From: Octopus vulgaris
Lineage: Eukaryota
Direction of reading: 5' to 3'
NCBI GenBank assembly: GCA_951406725.2
Contig: OX597818.1
Span: 35,650,001-35,714,000 of the forward strand
Length of the DNA stretch: 64,000 nt
The stretch's first letter is position 1; each line of letters begins with the position of its first letter. The position numbers and the translations under genes were made by a program. Shown piece by piece: positions 41,286 to 58,881 of the stretch. The notes beneath the pieces were generated by a model. The model had not been told where the DNA came from. It searched no databases and saw only the letters and a list, made by a program, of their open reading frames with translations.

Positions 41286-41783
41286 TACCTAATAAAATCA
41301 ACATGTATCATCTTACTGTTTCTTTTACCTCTTCATTGATTTATGTTTTCATTTTTAAAAAATTTAATATATTTGTCTGCATGTGTTTACTTTATGCATA
41401 TTTAAGTATCATGTATACTTGTCATGTATTTGTGTACATCATTAATATATAAGTGCCCGTGGATGTAATGTATTTATATATAAGTTCATTTGTACATTTA
41501 TGCAATCATATGTGTGTGTGTGTGTGCGTGTGAAAAGAGGGGTGTCTGTCTCCAAAACTCCAAAGTTGAGTAACGTTTTCATGCTTGGATTTGTAAACTA
41601 CGATAAGAATAACACTGGTCAACAAAGAATTTGTTCCATGAAAAAGAAATGTGAAGCTAACGGTTTAAGAAATACTCCCGATTTAAATTTTTTATGAATA
41701 GAATTAACCTAGTGAAATCATAAATCCAGCTATCTGAGTCAATGAGTCCCTGAAGGTTGGTAATACTCTCCTTCACTTTCATA

Positions 41784-41885
41784 ATGCCAATAAACTGTAT
41801 AAACATCGTAAACAATTTTTGCTATATTTGCAGTGACTTAACATATTTGCAGTCACAAAGACGGCGTTTTACTCTATTGATTACG
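41784..41885 (+). pseudogene. DNA transposase N-terminal remnant (Chapaev3/CMC-like)
   Basis: MPINCINIVNNFCYICSD...SQRRRFT resembles the C.N.P..FCYICG.....QRR.IT N-terminus recalled for Chapaev3 transposases. Confidence 0.35.
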
Positions 41886-42176
41886 TGCGGCAAAGATACG
41901 GGTGAAGTGAAACACAACACAGTGTGCGGTTGTCATTGTAACAAGCTGCTAATGCCACGCTCTCTTGATTGGTTAAAATTACCCAAATTTCTCAAATTTA
42001 ATTCCAAATAACATCAGATTCTTTAATTTACGAAATAAAGTAATTGGTTGATCACAATCAAAATTCAGAGTTGCATCGATACACCAAAACTGAAAACATT
42101 CTGAGCAAAATCAAGGAGGCCTCATTTTGCGAATGAGACTATCTAGATCCCTATTTTGCTTTTACACACACACGCA

Positions 42177-42236
<60 letters not shown>

Positions 42237-43559
42237 AGCGCGTGTGTGTGTTTGTATAACCATCCCAATTTATAATGGCTAACATTGTAAGTCTCTATCT
42301 CTCTTTCTGTACGATAATATATAACATAAAGAAACCAATATATTCTGTTTATTATAGTTTCTGTGCATGACTCATATCAGTAAACACCCTTGGCTTTCAA
42401 TAAAGTAACCCACTTAATAATGTTGATTCATTGGCAATTAATCACTATGGTGCTAATTGTTCAATCTTGTTTCTCCAACAGTAAAATAAAAAAAACACAT
42501 CCGTAACTGTTACATAGAAAATTATGCATATTAATAATACCCAATACCGTCTATATTCCGTATGTTATAACTGTATCTGATCCTCAACATCCGGTCGGGT
42601 GACTTGCCGGGACGAATAAGTCACATTGGTCTTTCGATAGCTGAATGTCTCATCTCCGCATCTCACATATAATGATGATAACAATAATTTGCTAATTGAA
42701 CTTGTTGATGCTAGTCGGTTGACTGTTCATCCGCTCGGCATCTAATGATACTAACTTTTGGACTTAATAAATTCATCTGCCTTAAATAGTTAACATCTAA
42801 CATGCTGCATCCCATGATTTCAGTGTAACGCTGACTTGTGTGTTAGGAGGCCATTTTGATTTGGTCCCATATTCCCAGGTGGCCTCAGCTTAATGTACGT
42901 GCTAATCATCCCATCGTTAGTAGCCTGACAAATGCTACTACTTCGAGTCAGATTACACCTGTGAACAATAGTAGTTAAGTTGCGGCTCCACACTCCTCAA
43001 AACCTCTGAACTCTTCTACCAGGGCTCCACTACCAGAAGTAGTTTAAAGTCAACACCAGGACATAATTGTCTCTGACATGAACCAAATATATGAGCATAA
43101 ATTCTGACGAGGTCGACGTTATCAGTCATCTTTTCGGAGTCAATAAATTAAGGGCCAGTCAAGTACAGGCATTGATGCAATCTATTTGTCCCCTAACTTC
43201 AAAATTACTGGCCTTGTGACAATATTGAAAGAAGTATATACCATTCTATTCATTTCAAAGTTTACTGTACGCTGAGGAGCAGAGCAGCTAATACACAAAT
43301 ATTCTTCATCAGATTAAAAAAACTGTATATCTAGTTAATAGTTATTGAATTATACAAAATTTCCCCTTATACTTTAATCAATGTTTTCTTATCACTAATA
43401 CATTCATTATAATTTTTTGCTACTGATAACCTAAACTTAATATATTTTCGTTATAAAATCACCCCTCAAACTTTTTCCGCTTTTAGTATTTGCTGAAAAC
43501 AGATTCCCAGTAAGAAATCACTAATAAGTGATATCAATCATGCTGTGTTACTAATGACT

Positions 43560-43763
43560 TCAAATTTTGGCACAAGGCTAGCAAGTTCTGAGAGTGTACA
43601 AGTCGATTACATCGACCCCAGTGTTCCACTGGTATTTATTTTATCGACTCCACAAGAAGGAAAAGCAAAGTCAACCTCGGCAGAATTTAAACTCAGAACA
43701 TGAAGACGGAAGAAATGCCGGCAAGCATTTTGCTCGGCATGTTAACGATTCTGCCAGCTCACT
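43560..43763 (-). mobile_element. Diverged SINE M
   Basis: Core and head homology. Confidence 0.65.
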
Positions 43764-44099
43764 GTTTTATGCAGTTTTAATAATGAGGCTTTGGTAAATC
43801 TAGAACATGTCAAGGAAGCCATAGTTAGGTGTTCGACAAAGAGTGACTGGTGCTATTCGATTCCAGCATATGTAGCTATGTTTTCCATCAGCACTTTGTG
43901 CAATCACTGATGGAGCTGGGGATTTTCAGACTGTAGGCCTACTACTCATCTCGTGAAACTGCGCAGGTTTGCGGAAAAAAGTATTGCAAAAAGCAGTTTA
44001 GCTACAATTAACGCTGAATGACTGTGCAACAAACAAAACACCTCTTTCGATGGTCTGACGTGCGTGCTTTACTGGACACCTATCTACACCTGGCAGTAT

Positions 44100-44440
44100 A
44101 CTGTATTAGCCAGGCAATGGTGCTGCTACTGAAGGGCGAAAACAAAGGGAATATCTTCGATGATGTCCTAGATACATCTCTGCTGAATGCAGAGTTTAAG
44201 ACTTTGGCCAAGGTGTCCGCGAAATGGTTCGTTCTTGACATCATTTGCATAGACTTATGTGAGTCACAATAGATCAATACGTACCAATATATAAATGCGA
44301 TTCATTGTAGACATCGTGGTAATTGAATGGATTCGGTGAGTTTACTGTTCAAATTTGATGAATCCAAAGCATAATTTACTTGGCAGGTCCTTCTAAAGCA
44401 AATGATTTGGTTTCCGTAAGATGAGTAGCTTTGAAATACA
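44100..44440 (+). pseudogene. L1/Tx1 reverse transcriptase fragment
   Basis: VLLLKGENKG...TSLLNAEFKTLAKV matches LIPK..RPISLLNTDYKILAK. Downstream NFDESKA resembles LDQEKAFD. Confidence 0.6.
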
Positions 44441-44452
44441 TCTGCAGCTGGA

Positions 44453-44868
44453 AGGCGGCGAGCTGGCAGAAACATTAGCACGCCGGGCGAAATGCGTAGC
44501 CGTATTTCGTTTGCCGTTACGTTCTGAGTCCAAATTCCGCCGATGTCGACTTTGCCTTTCATCCTTTCGGGGTCGATTAAATAAGTACCAGCTACGCACT
44601 GGGGTCGGTATAATCGATTTAATCCGTTTGTCTGTTCTTGTTTGTCCTCTCTGTGTTTAGCCCCTTGTGGGTAGTAAAGAAATAGGTATTTCGTCTGTCG
44701 TTACGTTCTGAGTTCAAATTCCGCCGAGGTCGATTTTGCCTTTCATCCTTTCGGGATCGATAAATTAAGTACCAGTTGCATACTGGTTTCAATGTAATCG
44801 ACTTAATCCCTTTGTCTGTCCTTGTTTGTCCCCTCTATGTTTAGCCCCTTGTGGGCAGAAAAGAAATA
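44453..44868 (+). mobile_element. SINE family M dimer
   Basis: Head plus two B box/core/tail units. CAGCTG occurs in both flanks. Confidence 0.85.
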
Positions 44869-46993
44869 AATACAGCTGCAGCTGTGTGATAAGCATTATT
44901 TAATGTTCACCTTCAACTATTTCGAAGTCATAGATTTGCGGCATCAGTGGTGTTCTCCCTCATCTCTTCAGTACATTTTAAGCTCTCGAGGCACTCCCGT
45001 AGAAACAGGAGTACTGGGATGTCATACAAAAAAAAATGACATGAAATTTGTAGCATTCGTAGATACTGACAATGTGACATTATCGAAGACATCGGGAATT
45101 TTATTTTTGGCACTATACAAAAGGAATACTGACGAAGAGTGGCAGCACATAGTAATTAAATCATGTCTGTGGTTTTGTAAATTGGCATCTGCAGAGGAAA
45201 TTCATGTCAATCTGTATCGAAATTAGCTGGACCGATGTCTCGTTGAAATCCTTATGGTCTGGTTCATGCCAGACCTTATGATGGATAGGAATGAGAACTA
45301 CGATACGAACGGTCCTGTCAAGCTGAGTCTGAAATGGGCCGAGTATAAAAACCATCTCTGAAAGGTCGGATTGGAGATGGTGAATACATAGATTGACTCC
45401 GTTATTTATGAAATTTGTTCGTAGGAAGTTAATAATTTATGCAATTTTATGTTACATAAAAACACAGAAAATAAATTTTCGTTATAGCTGAGTTTCTCAC
45501 ATATTTTCAAATATCGTTTATTTAATCTGTGTGAAAATTGTTGAATACATACATAAATACGTACATGCGTACATAATACAAACACACACACATACATTCA
45601 TTCATTCATTCATTCATTCATACATACAGACATATACGTACATACATACTCACATACATATATACATACAAATTTACAATATACAAACACATTCACACAC
45701 ATGCATATATACATATATATGTACAAACACGTGTGTGTGTGTATATATATATATATTTGCATATTAGATATATATATATGTACATGCATACACAAAAGCG
45801 CACAGATACACAGACACACACACATAATGCAGTATCTATTTACGCATTTTTATTTTCGTTATACTCAATAAAAAAACGATATTGGCTAGTAAAAATTGAT
45901 GGAAGTTTGATATCCGGTAGTTACATGCTTACAACGTGACGATTCCCCTGACAAGGAAATTTGACAAGCAGAGCTTCCATTTGGAAAAATAATAAAAAAG
46001 GAAAAGAAAATAGTGCATAGATCTTGTAAAGTTGTAAATATTACACACATCATTCAAACACACGAAAATACACACGTACTCACAAGCATATACACAAATA
46101 AAAGTAGTTTCTCCGTCACTTTCGACGATGGATATCTAGTTGTTCGATCGACAGAAACTAACATTTCATTGTATTATATAGTAAGCGGTTGAGTATTCTA
46201 CAGATATTTGTATCCTTAACCTAATCCTTAGGCTCAGTCAAAGCCACAAAATATCTAATCAAGATGGCCCTTTGAATTACCGTTAAGGACACGCAAATGT
46301 TATGGATCGCGAAGCAAAATTCTTAATTGTTTGGTGGTCAAGCTTACATTCACATGCGCATGCGCAACAACACACAAACACATACAGTGTGTGTGGTGGT
46401 GGTGGTGGCTGTAGTGATGGTAGCAATGGTAGTTGTGGTGGTGGAGTGTGTGTGCGTGTGTATGTGTTTGCGTGTGCTTAGGATGGTTAAGACCATGTTA
46501 TTTTCTTGGCAATATATGAATTTGTGAATGTGTATGTGTGTCCCTGTGTGAGCAGCTGACGTACTTAAATGAATGTAGAAAGCATTTATTTTTAGAATAA
46601 TTGAAAAGATTTTTGGTAGATGCGGCATTTTGGAATTAAAAATGATGAGAGATTAAAGGAGGGAGAAAATGTAATAAAAGATGTTCAAAAGAAAGACGAA
46701 AAAAACAAAATGAAAAGAAGTTTGCGGGAAGCATTTACGTATTTGCGTCTTTAAGTTTAGGGTGGTATAGAAGCATTGAAAAGAGGGAGTTGAGTTTAAA
46801 GGAAATTGAGTTAATTTTAGCTCCATAGACATCGATATCTATAGATTTTAACACGTGTGTGTACTTGTGTGTACATGTATGTGTATACTTACCTACCTAC
46901 ATACATATATATATAAACATATCTTTAAATCTATACGTATCGATGTCCATAGGCATAAATTTAACTTTATATATACACATATACTCATATGTA

Positions 46994-47027
<34 letters not shown>

Positions 47028-47149
47028 AAATACGTATGTGTGTGTGTGTATTTACTGATTTCCTGAAAAGTTCTAAAGCATACAAAGATTGCTTTGTGTG
47101 TGAATGTTTGTGTGTATGTGCGAAAATATATACATACATACATACACAC

Positions 47150-47189
<40 letters not shown>

Positions 47190-47925
47190 TATGTACATAT
47201 GTATGCATATATGGGAGGATATGAGAAAATGTGTAAATGTGTATATATTGAAATGATAAATATAGTTTAATATTTATAATCATTGTCTAATCTGATATAA
47301 AATCTAATAGATAATTTATGTTCTAGTAAAACACGAGACAGACAGTCAATATAACACAGCATGAGACAATTCATTTGTTCTATTAACTAAACAGTTATTG
47401 CTCTTTGAATAGATCATTATTTTCTAGATTTTGTTTTCTCATGAATGTATGTCATTCTTTTCTATAAGGCATAAAATTATTGTTGTTAAATAGATCGATA
47501 TTTATATGTATTTGCACTAGCTATATTGCTAGTTTCAGTAACATATGACCTTGGAGTAGAATAGTCCTGTCATAGAATACGCGAATGAGTTATCATTTAA
47601 TGAATACCTTTATGGCGTAAGCATAGTCTTGTGCCTAAGTCGTACATTTTGTATGCACATGGCTTCGCGTTCGATCTCACTGCGATGTGAATCGGGACAG
47701 CATTTCTAGTATGTCCTCAGGCAGTGCCACCTATGGCATTGGCACATGAGGCCTAATCGTATGGGAAACCAGGGCCCAGTTCCGATCTACCTATGCAGTG
47801 GCTTGTCATCAATAAATAAATTCTATACGGCCAACTGCATTGATTTTCCCGGGGACTGTAATGTTGGCAAGTGGCTTCTTGCCTTGGGTCAACTAAAGAA
47901 TGTATGTATGTATTATGTATATATG

Positions 47926-47957
<32 letters not shown>

Positions 47958-47958
47958 A

Positions 47959-48057
<99 letters not shown>

Positions 48058-48372
48058 TATATATAGGTATCAAGTTAGAAGAGTTTAATACCGCTCAGGA
48101 ATAATTAAATCCAAAGTCGCTCCTGGCTATTAGCTGGGTAGGTACAGTCTTTTGTAAGATTGTACGGTAGAAAATGGTTCGGTTGGTAAACCGGAGTTTA
48201 GGTTATATAAGAGAAGAAAATGGATATAATAACAATGGGAGATACGTGGATTACGCTGGCATGTCTTTAATTAAATAGGTAACAAAAAACTAAGAAGCAG
48301 AGATGTATGTATCTATGTATGTATGTATCTATGTATGCATTATCTATGTATGTATGTATCTATGCATGTATG

Positions 48373-48406
<34 letters not shown>

Positions 48407-48955
48407 TGTATGTATGTATGCCTCTATGTGTGTATGTATGTATGCATATATATATATATACATGTGTGTGTGTGCGTGTGTGTGTGTATGTTCAACAGTT
48501 CGATCGAATCCCTAACGAGTTAACACGGGATCTCCTAATGACTATTTAAACTTCATAAAATCAATGTGTCCTTGACCTGAAGAGTAGCTTGCGGTCTTAA
48601 CCGTGTTCTGATAATTTAATACTTTGGCGGCTCCCCTAGCTATGTAACATATGTAGCCCGATTTTTACCTACTCTATGTCCTAATTTTTGAATGTACAAC
48701 AACACACGTTGCTAACCGTGAACTATAATGTTAACTTTTTTCAGCTTATCGTACTTAGATATTGGACAAATTCTGCACCAATAAATCGCTATTGTTTCTG
48801 AAAGTTGTTTTTTTATATCTTCTACAGATCGCTTGAAGCTTACTAACTCCCTACACCTTGATCCTTGGATCTTACCTTTACATATTTCTCTATCTATGTA
48901 TCTAACAAGTCATACACAAACACAGACACACATATATGTATGTATGTGTATATAA

Positions 48956-49186
48956 AGGCGGCGAGCTGGCAGAAACGTTAGCACGCCGGGCGAAATGCGC
49001 AGCCGTATTTCGTCTGCCGTTACGTTCTGGGTTCAAATTCCGCCGTGGTCGACTTTGCCTTTCATCCTTTCGGGGTCGATAAATTAAGTACCAGTTACGC
49101 ACTGGGGTCGATGTAATCGACTTAATCCGTTTGTCTGTCCTCGTTTGTCCCCTCTACGTTTAGCCCCTTGTGGGTAGTAAAGAAAT
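48956..49186 (+). mobile_element. SINE family M monomer (consensus-like)
   Basis: Full head, B box, core and tail. Confidence 0.88.
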
Positions 49187-49210
49187 ATATATATATATAT
49201 ATGTATATAC

Positions 49211-49263
<53 letters not shown>

Positions 49264-49285
49264 TACGTGTATATATATATATAAC

Positions 49286-49494
49286 GGGAAGCTTTATGAA
49301 AATAAACAAAAGACGAAGGCAGGTGGAAAACAAACGAACAATTGTATTAGTATGGCGCTCAGGAAATATAAATAAAACAAGTCTTTAACGTTTCGAGCCT
49401 ACGCTCTTCAACAGAAAGATACACAGAGAGAGAAAAACACAGAAAGAAGGAGAGAAAAAAAATGCGTGCAGTAGCTAACGAATCAACATGGCGA
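49286..49494 (-). mobile_element. HHR-bearing repeat P2 copy 3 (HHR-like motif 49382-49419)
   Basis: Minus strand: tcttt-CTGTTGA-A-gagc gtag gctc-GAAACGTT-aaaga. (TA)n on both sides. Confidence 0.7.
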
Positions 49495-50667
49495 TATATA
49501 TATATATATATGAAAAAACAAGTCAGGACAGAAAATGCTAAAATAATTTTATAAAGAACATTTCAGGACTGCAGTTTCTGGGTATTGATCCGTCTTCAGC
49601 GCACGACAAAACTCACATATATTTATTGTACGTGTGTATGTATATAAGCCTTCATCGACATATACAAACACATATACATATTTATTATCAGGCGATGAAT
49701 AAAATCTGTGCATGAAGCTAGAATGCTAAGCGGTCATTCTGGCTGTACTGTGTTTCTTTACACGTTGTCTTTTATTCCATACAAAATCGATAAAATAGGT
49801 GCTGAGCAAAGACCTGGACCAGCATAAACGAGCAATAATCTTCCAAGCAGGTGTTTCAACAACATGAACACAGTTTATTTCATGAAACCAGTACCGCTAT
49901 AAATAAAAGAATCATCATTTGGGTATAGTGAGTCTTAGAACCATCAATGCGCAAGAATACGTATCTTATCGTATTTAATTACATATGTCTATGTTTGAGT
50001 TCAAAGCCTGACAGGATAGGGCCAAATTTACTTTTATTGTTTATCAAAGATTAACTAAGATAAATAATAAACCTGATGTAGGTTTCTTCGCTTATGTTTT
50101 ATATTTCTTTTGCAAATAACGAGTCCTGTTTCAATATAAGCTTAAAAAAGTAAGTCTCTAATGTAGAAATGATTAACACCTCAGGGTATTAACTTCCGAG
50201 GAAGAAATATCTCAAACATTGTTTCGGTTTAAAGATTTCGCTTTTTTTCTCCTCTTTTTCCTTTTTTTTTTTTTTTGCAAATACACCGCTAATACATTCT
50301 GGAATAATGTGGGCCCACTATCCTAGTGTCATTGAAAAGAGATGTTAAATTATTAACTAGCTACCATACAATGTTGTTGTGAGAGAAAATGGGTGTTTGA
50401 GAGAGAGAGAGAGAGAGAAATTCATAATTAAATAAATAAATAAATAAATAAAGAGAAAACTGTGAGAGAGGGTGTGTGTTTCGTTTTGACGTTTTGAGTT
50501 CAAATTCCATTGCGATTCACTTTGCCTTCCATCCTTTCGGGGTGAAGAAATAAGTACCGGTTGAGCACGGGTGTACATTTAATCAACCAGCTCCCACCCC
50601 CAAAATTTCAGGCCTTGTAGCTATTGTAGAAAGGTCGTGTAGATTGTGTGACAAACAATGACATATA

Positions 50668-50758
<91 letters not shown>

Positions 50759-51490
50759 GAATATAATTCAAACTTACACGGAAAAATTCAATTTAGCAAT
50801 TCTAAATCAAATTTCACAATATATAATACATGTATATAATTAAGGGAAATGACCTCTATTAAGCAATTTAATAGTGAAAAACATTATCTATATCATATAG
50901 AGGCAATTTAAATATACTATAATAAATATTATTAAAAAAATCAATAAATTAAATAAACATTAAATTGGCATATACCACGTCCTCGCCTTGTTGCTTTTTT
51001 GTGTGTTTGCTCGTTTTTTTGTTATAGATTTACTATATATTAAATAAATACATATAAAAATATATATAATTTGGGTATTAAGGAGCATCACCTTTGCTAA
51101 AAATAGGATTCATAAAAGCTCCGAAGCCACAGGAATAACTCACTATATTTTTACAGACATGGTGGAAAAAAAAAATATAAGTGAATAAGAATTGTATTTT
51201 CCTTCAGCAATATTGCAAAAGGAATGGCAGCCGAGACCCTCAAACGAACGCAAAAATAATTTTATATTTTTAAGAAAAAGAAAATATTTTTGAAAAAAAT
51301 AATAAATTAATCTCTCTCTTTAATCTTGCAGAGGTAAGATAAATTCTTATTCTTAATTTTTCTTTATATTTAAATTTTTAAATTTTTTTTTTTTATTTTT
51401 TTTTTTTTTTTTTAATTATATTTTTATATACATTTATTAATTTGCCTACAAGGTTTCTATACTTGCGGGCACTAATATTATTATTTGTTA

Positions 51491-54230
<2,740 letters not shown>

Positions 54231-54399
54231 CTCGCACTCGTACTCTCCTTTCCCTTGCTGTCTTTCTCACTCTCTCTTTTAATATCGGACTTGAAATATC
54301 TTAGAGTTTATTCAATTATTCATACATGTAAACCAAACAAATTGTTCAATATTCTTTTTTTTCTAAATTATTAATGCCATTTGCTAGCCAAGGACTGAA

Positions 54400-55150
54400 T
54401 CCATTGTTCTCTTAATAGTATCTCGGGACGTGAAAAATCAATAATTTGCACAGGTGACTGTTTTCATTTCGTTCAGTTTGGAAGTTATTCTAATATCCAG
54501 AAATAAAAGCATACATGCATTATCAGAGAAAGCAGGCAAATGAGAAAAGTGTATTATATCTGATAGTGATAATCAAAATACCAATAGACTATCCAGTAGA
54601 TTCTTGCCAATATTGCTTTTACAGAAGGTGAGTGTACAGAAGCGAAAGATCAGATACCAAGTCGATACCACCTGACTGAGAGAGTAAAACTATAATCCAA
54701 TGCAATTGCCGTTGCCTATGAAGAATAAGAGCTTTGGGACCTAAATAGACGTCTCTTAAGAGAGAAAGAAAAAACGAGAGGGTAAACCAGTAGTAAAAAT
54801 GGATTTTAAAGGCTTTAGCAGCGTATATTATGTGTAATGATCTGACTTAAATGCAATTGGAAGATCTACCTTTTCTTTAACGGTATTCCATTATATAGTA
54901 CGTTCTTCGGCTCAATAACAAGATTATTAAGATATAGGAGAGAACGAAAAATATCATTCGAATAAACTGCAGTGTAGTATAGTGGACATAAATCATTAAT
55001 TTGTTTTGTTTGGAAGCAATATACGAAATATTTGATGGTGAGTCTTCAAACTCATTTTGTCATTGGGACAGTATAATACAATTCTATTTTGTACCTTGAG
55101 AAAGCCAACTTGGTAAACATTATTCCTCCTCAAAGCCATTATTCCTCCTA
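54400..55150 (-). pseudogene. Very degenerate piggyBac-like transposase remnant
   Basis: Minus-strand peptides in the expected order: YIASKQNK (cf. YIPSKPAK), NTVKEKVDLP (cf. GTVRKN..LP), SGGIDLVSDLSLLY...KQYW (cf. GGVD..DQ...Y...K..W). Confidence 0.35.
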
Positions 55151-55199
55151 GTTTCCATTTGGAGGGATTGGCTCAGCATTAAAGAGACGTTAACAAATG

Positions 55200-55445
55200 T
55201 GGAGGCACGTGACTTAGTGGTTAGGGTGTCAGCACCATGATCGTAGGATTGTGGTTTCGATTCCTGGACCGGGCGAGGTGTTGTGTTCTTGAGCAAAACA
55301 CTTCATTTCCCGTTGCTCCAGTCCACACTCAGCTAGCAAAAATGAGTAACGCTGCGATGGACTGGCGTCCCATCCGAGCTGGAAACATGTACACTATAGA
55401 AACCGGGAAACCGGTCCCATGCAGCCTGACTAGGCTTTAAAAGGG
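55200..55445 (+). mobile_element. tRNA-derived SINE with a T-like head
   Basis: TGGAGGCACGTGACTTAGTGGTTAGGG...GGTTTCGATTCCTGGACCGGGCG...TTGAGCAAAACACTT; the body differs from family T. Confidence 0.6.
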
Positions 55446-55457
55446 CGCATTTATTTT

Positions 55458-55555
55458 TGCCCACGGGCATATGGCATAGCGTGGTTAAGAGCGCTGGCTA
55501 CTAACCCCAAGATTCCAAGTTCGATTCCAGGCAGTGACCTAAATAATAATAATAA
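55458..55555 (+). mobile_element. Second copy of the tRNA-like head plus (TAA)n of the 35656-36135 element
   Basis: TGCCCACGGGCATATGGCATAGCGTGGTTAAGAG...GTTCGATTCCAGGCAGTGACCTAAATAATAA. Confidence 0.75.
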
Positions 55556-56295
55556 ACGGCGGTGCATTAGCATGGCCGCAGCTCTGAGCTGAAACTAGAA
55601 AAACAATCACATGTTGGTCACATGCTATTGCTATAGTTGAAATACGCTTCTCAGTGTTAGGCGAACTAGATAAATTCAGTGACGCGTATATAACCCTGGG
55701 CAGCGACAGATTATTACTACTGAGACTTTGGTTAACGGCATGCTACTCTGTTGTGTTTGTAATACATACTTATAGATATGGGAAGACGAGTCGTTGTGAC
55801 GTTGATGCCTTACCTTAACATTTTTGCATTTACATTCTATCAATTGTAATGCTTTTTTAGAATTGTTGTTTTAAAGGAAAATTATATTATATCTGATAGT
55901 GATAATCAAAATACCAATAGACTATCCAGTAGATTCTTGCCAATATTGCTTTTACAGAGGTGAGTGTACAGAAGCGAAAGATCAGATACCAAGTCGATAC
56001 CACCTGACTGAGAGAGTAAAACTATAATCCAATGCAATTGCCGTTGCCTATGAAGAATAAGAGCTTTGGGACCTAAATAGACGTCTCTTAAGAGAGAAAG
56101 AAAAAACGAGAGGGTAAACCAGTAGTAAAAATGGATTTTAAAAGGCTTTAGCAGCGTATATTATGTGTAATGATCTGACTTAAATGCAATTGGAAGATCT
56201 ACCTTTTCTTTAACGGTATTCCATTATATAGTACGTTCTTCGGCTCAATAACAAGATTATTAAGATATAGGAGAGAACGAAAAATATCATTCGAA

Positions 56296-57296
56296 TATAT
56301 GTATACATATGTATATATATGTATATATATACATATATATATATTTATGTATATATATATATATTAATATAAATAATATATAAATATATGCATATATACA
56401 TACATATATGTACATACCTACATATATATGTATATATGCATGCATATATGGGTAGAGGACATCAAAAAGCCGTTGAACACAAGGAGAAAAGAAAACATAA
56501 AAACAGAAACATAGAAACGAACTTTTTTTTCAAACAACGGAAAAAAACAGGGAACGAGACATACAACATAAAGAAATTCCTCTTCTTCAGTTGTTCCTGT
56601 TTCATCTACTCCGCGTTACGAAGGTAAGGACAAGACGCGACTCCGTTGAAACGATTCTTCCCGTGAAGCAAATTAAATAAAATTTGGGATTTTTTGAGGA
56701 GGGTAAAAGTGGTAACAAGAACAGGACAATGAGAACAAAACAGTAAAAACAATAAAAAGTAAAAAAAGCAAAAGACAGGAAAAAAAGATGGATGTGGAAA
56801 TAGCGCAGAAGTAAATGTAAGCCATTTCAATTTAGAAAGAATTTAATAAAATCATTTTTTTAAATTACATAAAGAAAATATAGAATATTACGTTGATGAA
56901 TCTCATCTAGTCAAATATTAGTAAAAACAGTTTATCTTCTGTCTGGGGGTCAACAACATGTCTGGAGAATTTTCGTTGAAGTCTTCTTTAAATATAGCTT
57001 GGTTAAGAGTTCAAGAAGTTAGAGAGAAAGAGAGTGGGTGTGGTTGTCTATTGTCTAAAAATAATCTTTGTAGGTTCCTGCCAAGGGAGTGGCTTCAAAA
57101 CATTCATTGAATGGGTTTTATGTCTACTTGTGTATGAGTGTGTGTATGTGTGTGTGAGCGTGCGTGTGTGTGTTTATGTGTGTGTGTATTGTGTTGAATG
57201 TCCTTGCAATATGTTTGGAATATGACCAGCTGTGTGATGTTGGGTATGTTGTGATGAATGTATATATGTATACATAAATACATACACACACACACA

Positions 57297-57340
<44 letters not shown>

Positions 57341-58799
57341 GAGTTTGGTACTTATAGTTCAGCGTTTGTCTAAAGTCGTTGACCATTAGGACTTTGCTGT
57401 TATGTGATGAATAGCAATTTCATGTTAGACATACATGGCATGTGTTGTGCGTTAATCAATAATTAACTTATAGCCATTGAAAACTATAATTTAATTGGTT
57501 GGTAGGATATTTCAAGACTTCAATGGCAACGCGATAATAGTGATAATAATTTAGTGTTAAGCTGCTGGAAAATCCGCCCATAAATATATGGGTTTGTATA
57601 TTTAGAGAAATAATATAATGAATTCATCTTTAGAGAAATAATTGAATGAAATACAATAATGGCTGAAAATGTAAGAATATTTCAAAATTGTATCATGCAT
57701 ATATCAAGACAAATACAAACATTCATTACATATACCAAATATATCAAATATAGGTGTGCGTGTACATACACACATACATGCACGCACACATACAAAGACA
57801 TATATATGTATACATATGTATATATATGTATATATATACATATATATATATTTATGTATATATATATATATTAATATAAATAATATATAAATATATGCAT
57901 ATATACATACATATATGTACATACCTACATATATATGTATATATGCATGCATATATGGGTAGAGGACATCAAAAAGCCGTTGAACACAAGGAGAAAAGAA
58001 AACATAAAAACAGAAACATAGAAACGAACTTTTTTTCAAACAACGGAAAAAACAGGGAACGAGACATACAACATAAAGAAATTCCTCTTCTTCAGTTGTT
58101 CCTGTTTCATCTACTCCGCGTTACGAAGGTAAGGACAAGACGCGACTCCGTTGAAACGATTCTTCCCGTGAAGCAAATTAAATAAAATTTGGGATTTTTT
58201 GAGGAGGGTAAAAGTGGTAACAAGAACAGGACAATGAGAACAAAACAGTAAAAACAATAAAAAAGTAAAAAAAGCAAAAGACAGGAAAAAAAGATGGATG
58301 TGGAAATAGCGCAGAAGTAAATGTAAGCCATTTCAATTTAGAAAGAATTTAATAAAATCATTTTTTAAATTACATAAAGAAAATATAGAATATTACGTTG
58401 ATGAATCTCATCTAGTCAAATATTAGTAAAAACAGTTTATCTTCTGTCTGGGGGTCAACAACATGTCTGGAGAATTTTCGTTGAAGTCTTCTTTAAATAT
58501 AGCTTGGTTAAGAGTTCAAGAAGTTAGAGAGAAAGAGAGTGGGTGTGGTTGTCTATTGTCTAAAAATAATCTTTGTAGGTTCCAGCCAAGGGAGTGGCTT
58601 CAAAACATTCATTGAATGGGTTTTATGTCTACTTGTGTATGAGTGTGTGTATGTGTGTGTGAGCGTGCGTGTGTGTGTTTATGTGTGTGTGTATTGTGTT
58701 GAATGTCCTTGCAATATGTTTGGAATATGACCAGCTGTGTGATGTTGGGTATGTTGTGATGAATGTATATATGTATACATAAATACATACACACACACA

Positions 58800-58850
<51 letters not shown>
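56296..58850. repeat. Tandem duplication 56296-57338 / 57803-58850
   Basis: About 1.04 kb near-identical. Differences are mostly homopolymer lengths. Confidence 0.92.

Positions 58851-58881
<31 letters not shown>

Larger units (their letters stand above)
54552..56295. repeat. Direct repeat 54552-54964 / 55884-56295
   Basis: About 410 bp identical apart from 1-bp indels. Confidence 0.9.

Noticed and set aside
54612-54635. TTGCTTTTACAG-AAG-GTGAGT as a 3-nt microexon
   Set aside because: The duplicate at ~55945 has a different length (AG), and the site lies in a probable transposase remnant and artefactual duplication.
56450-56760. Repeat in a TA tract with CTGAAGA and GTAACGCG (duplicated at ~57960), possible pLTR HHR
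   Set aside because: GAAA is mutated and motif order and stems do not give a foldable ribozyme; at most a decayed Penelope-like fragment.
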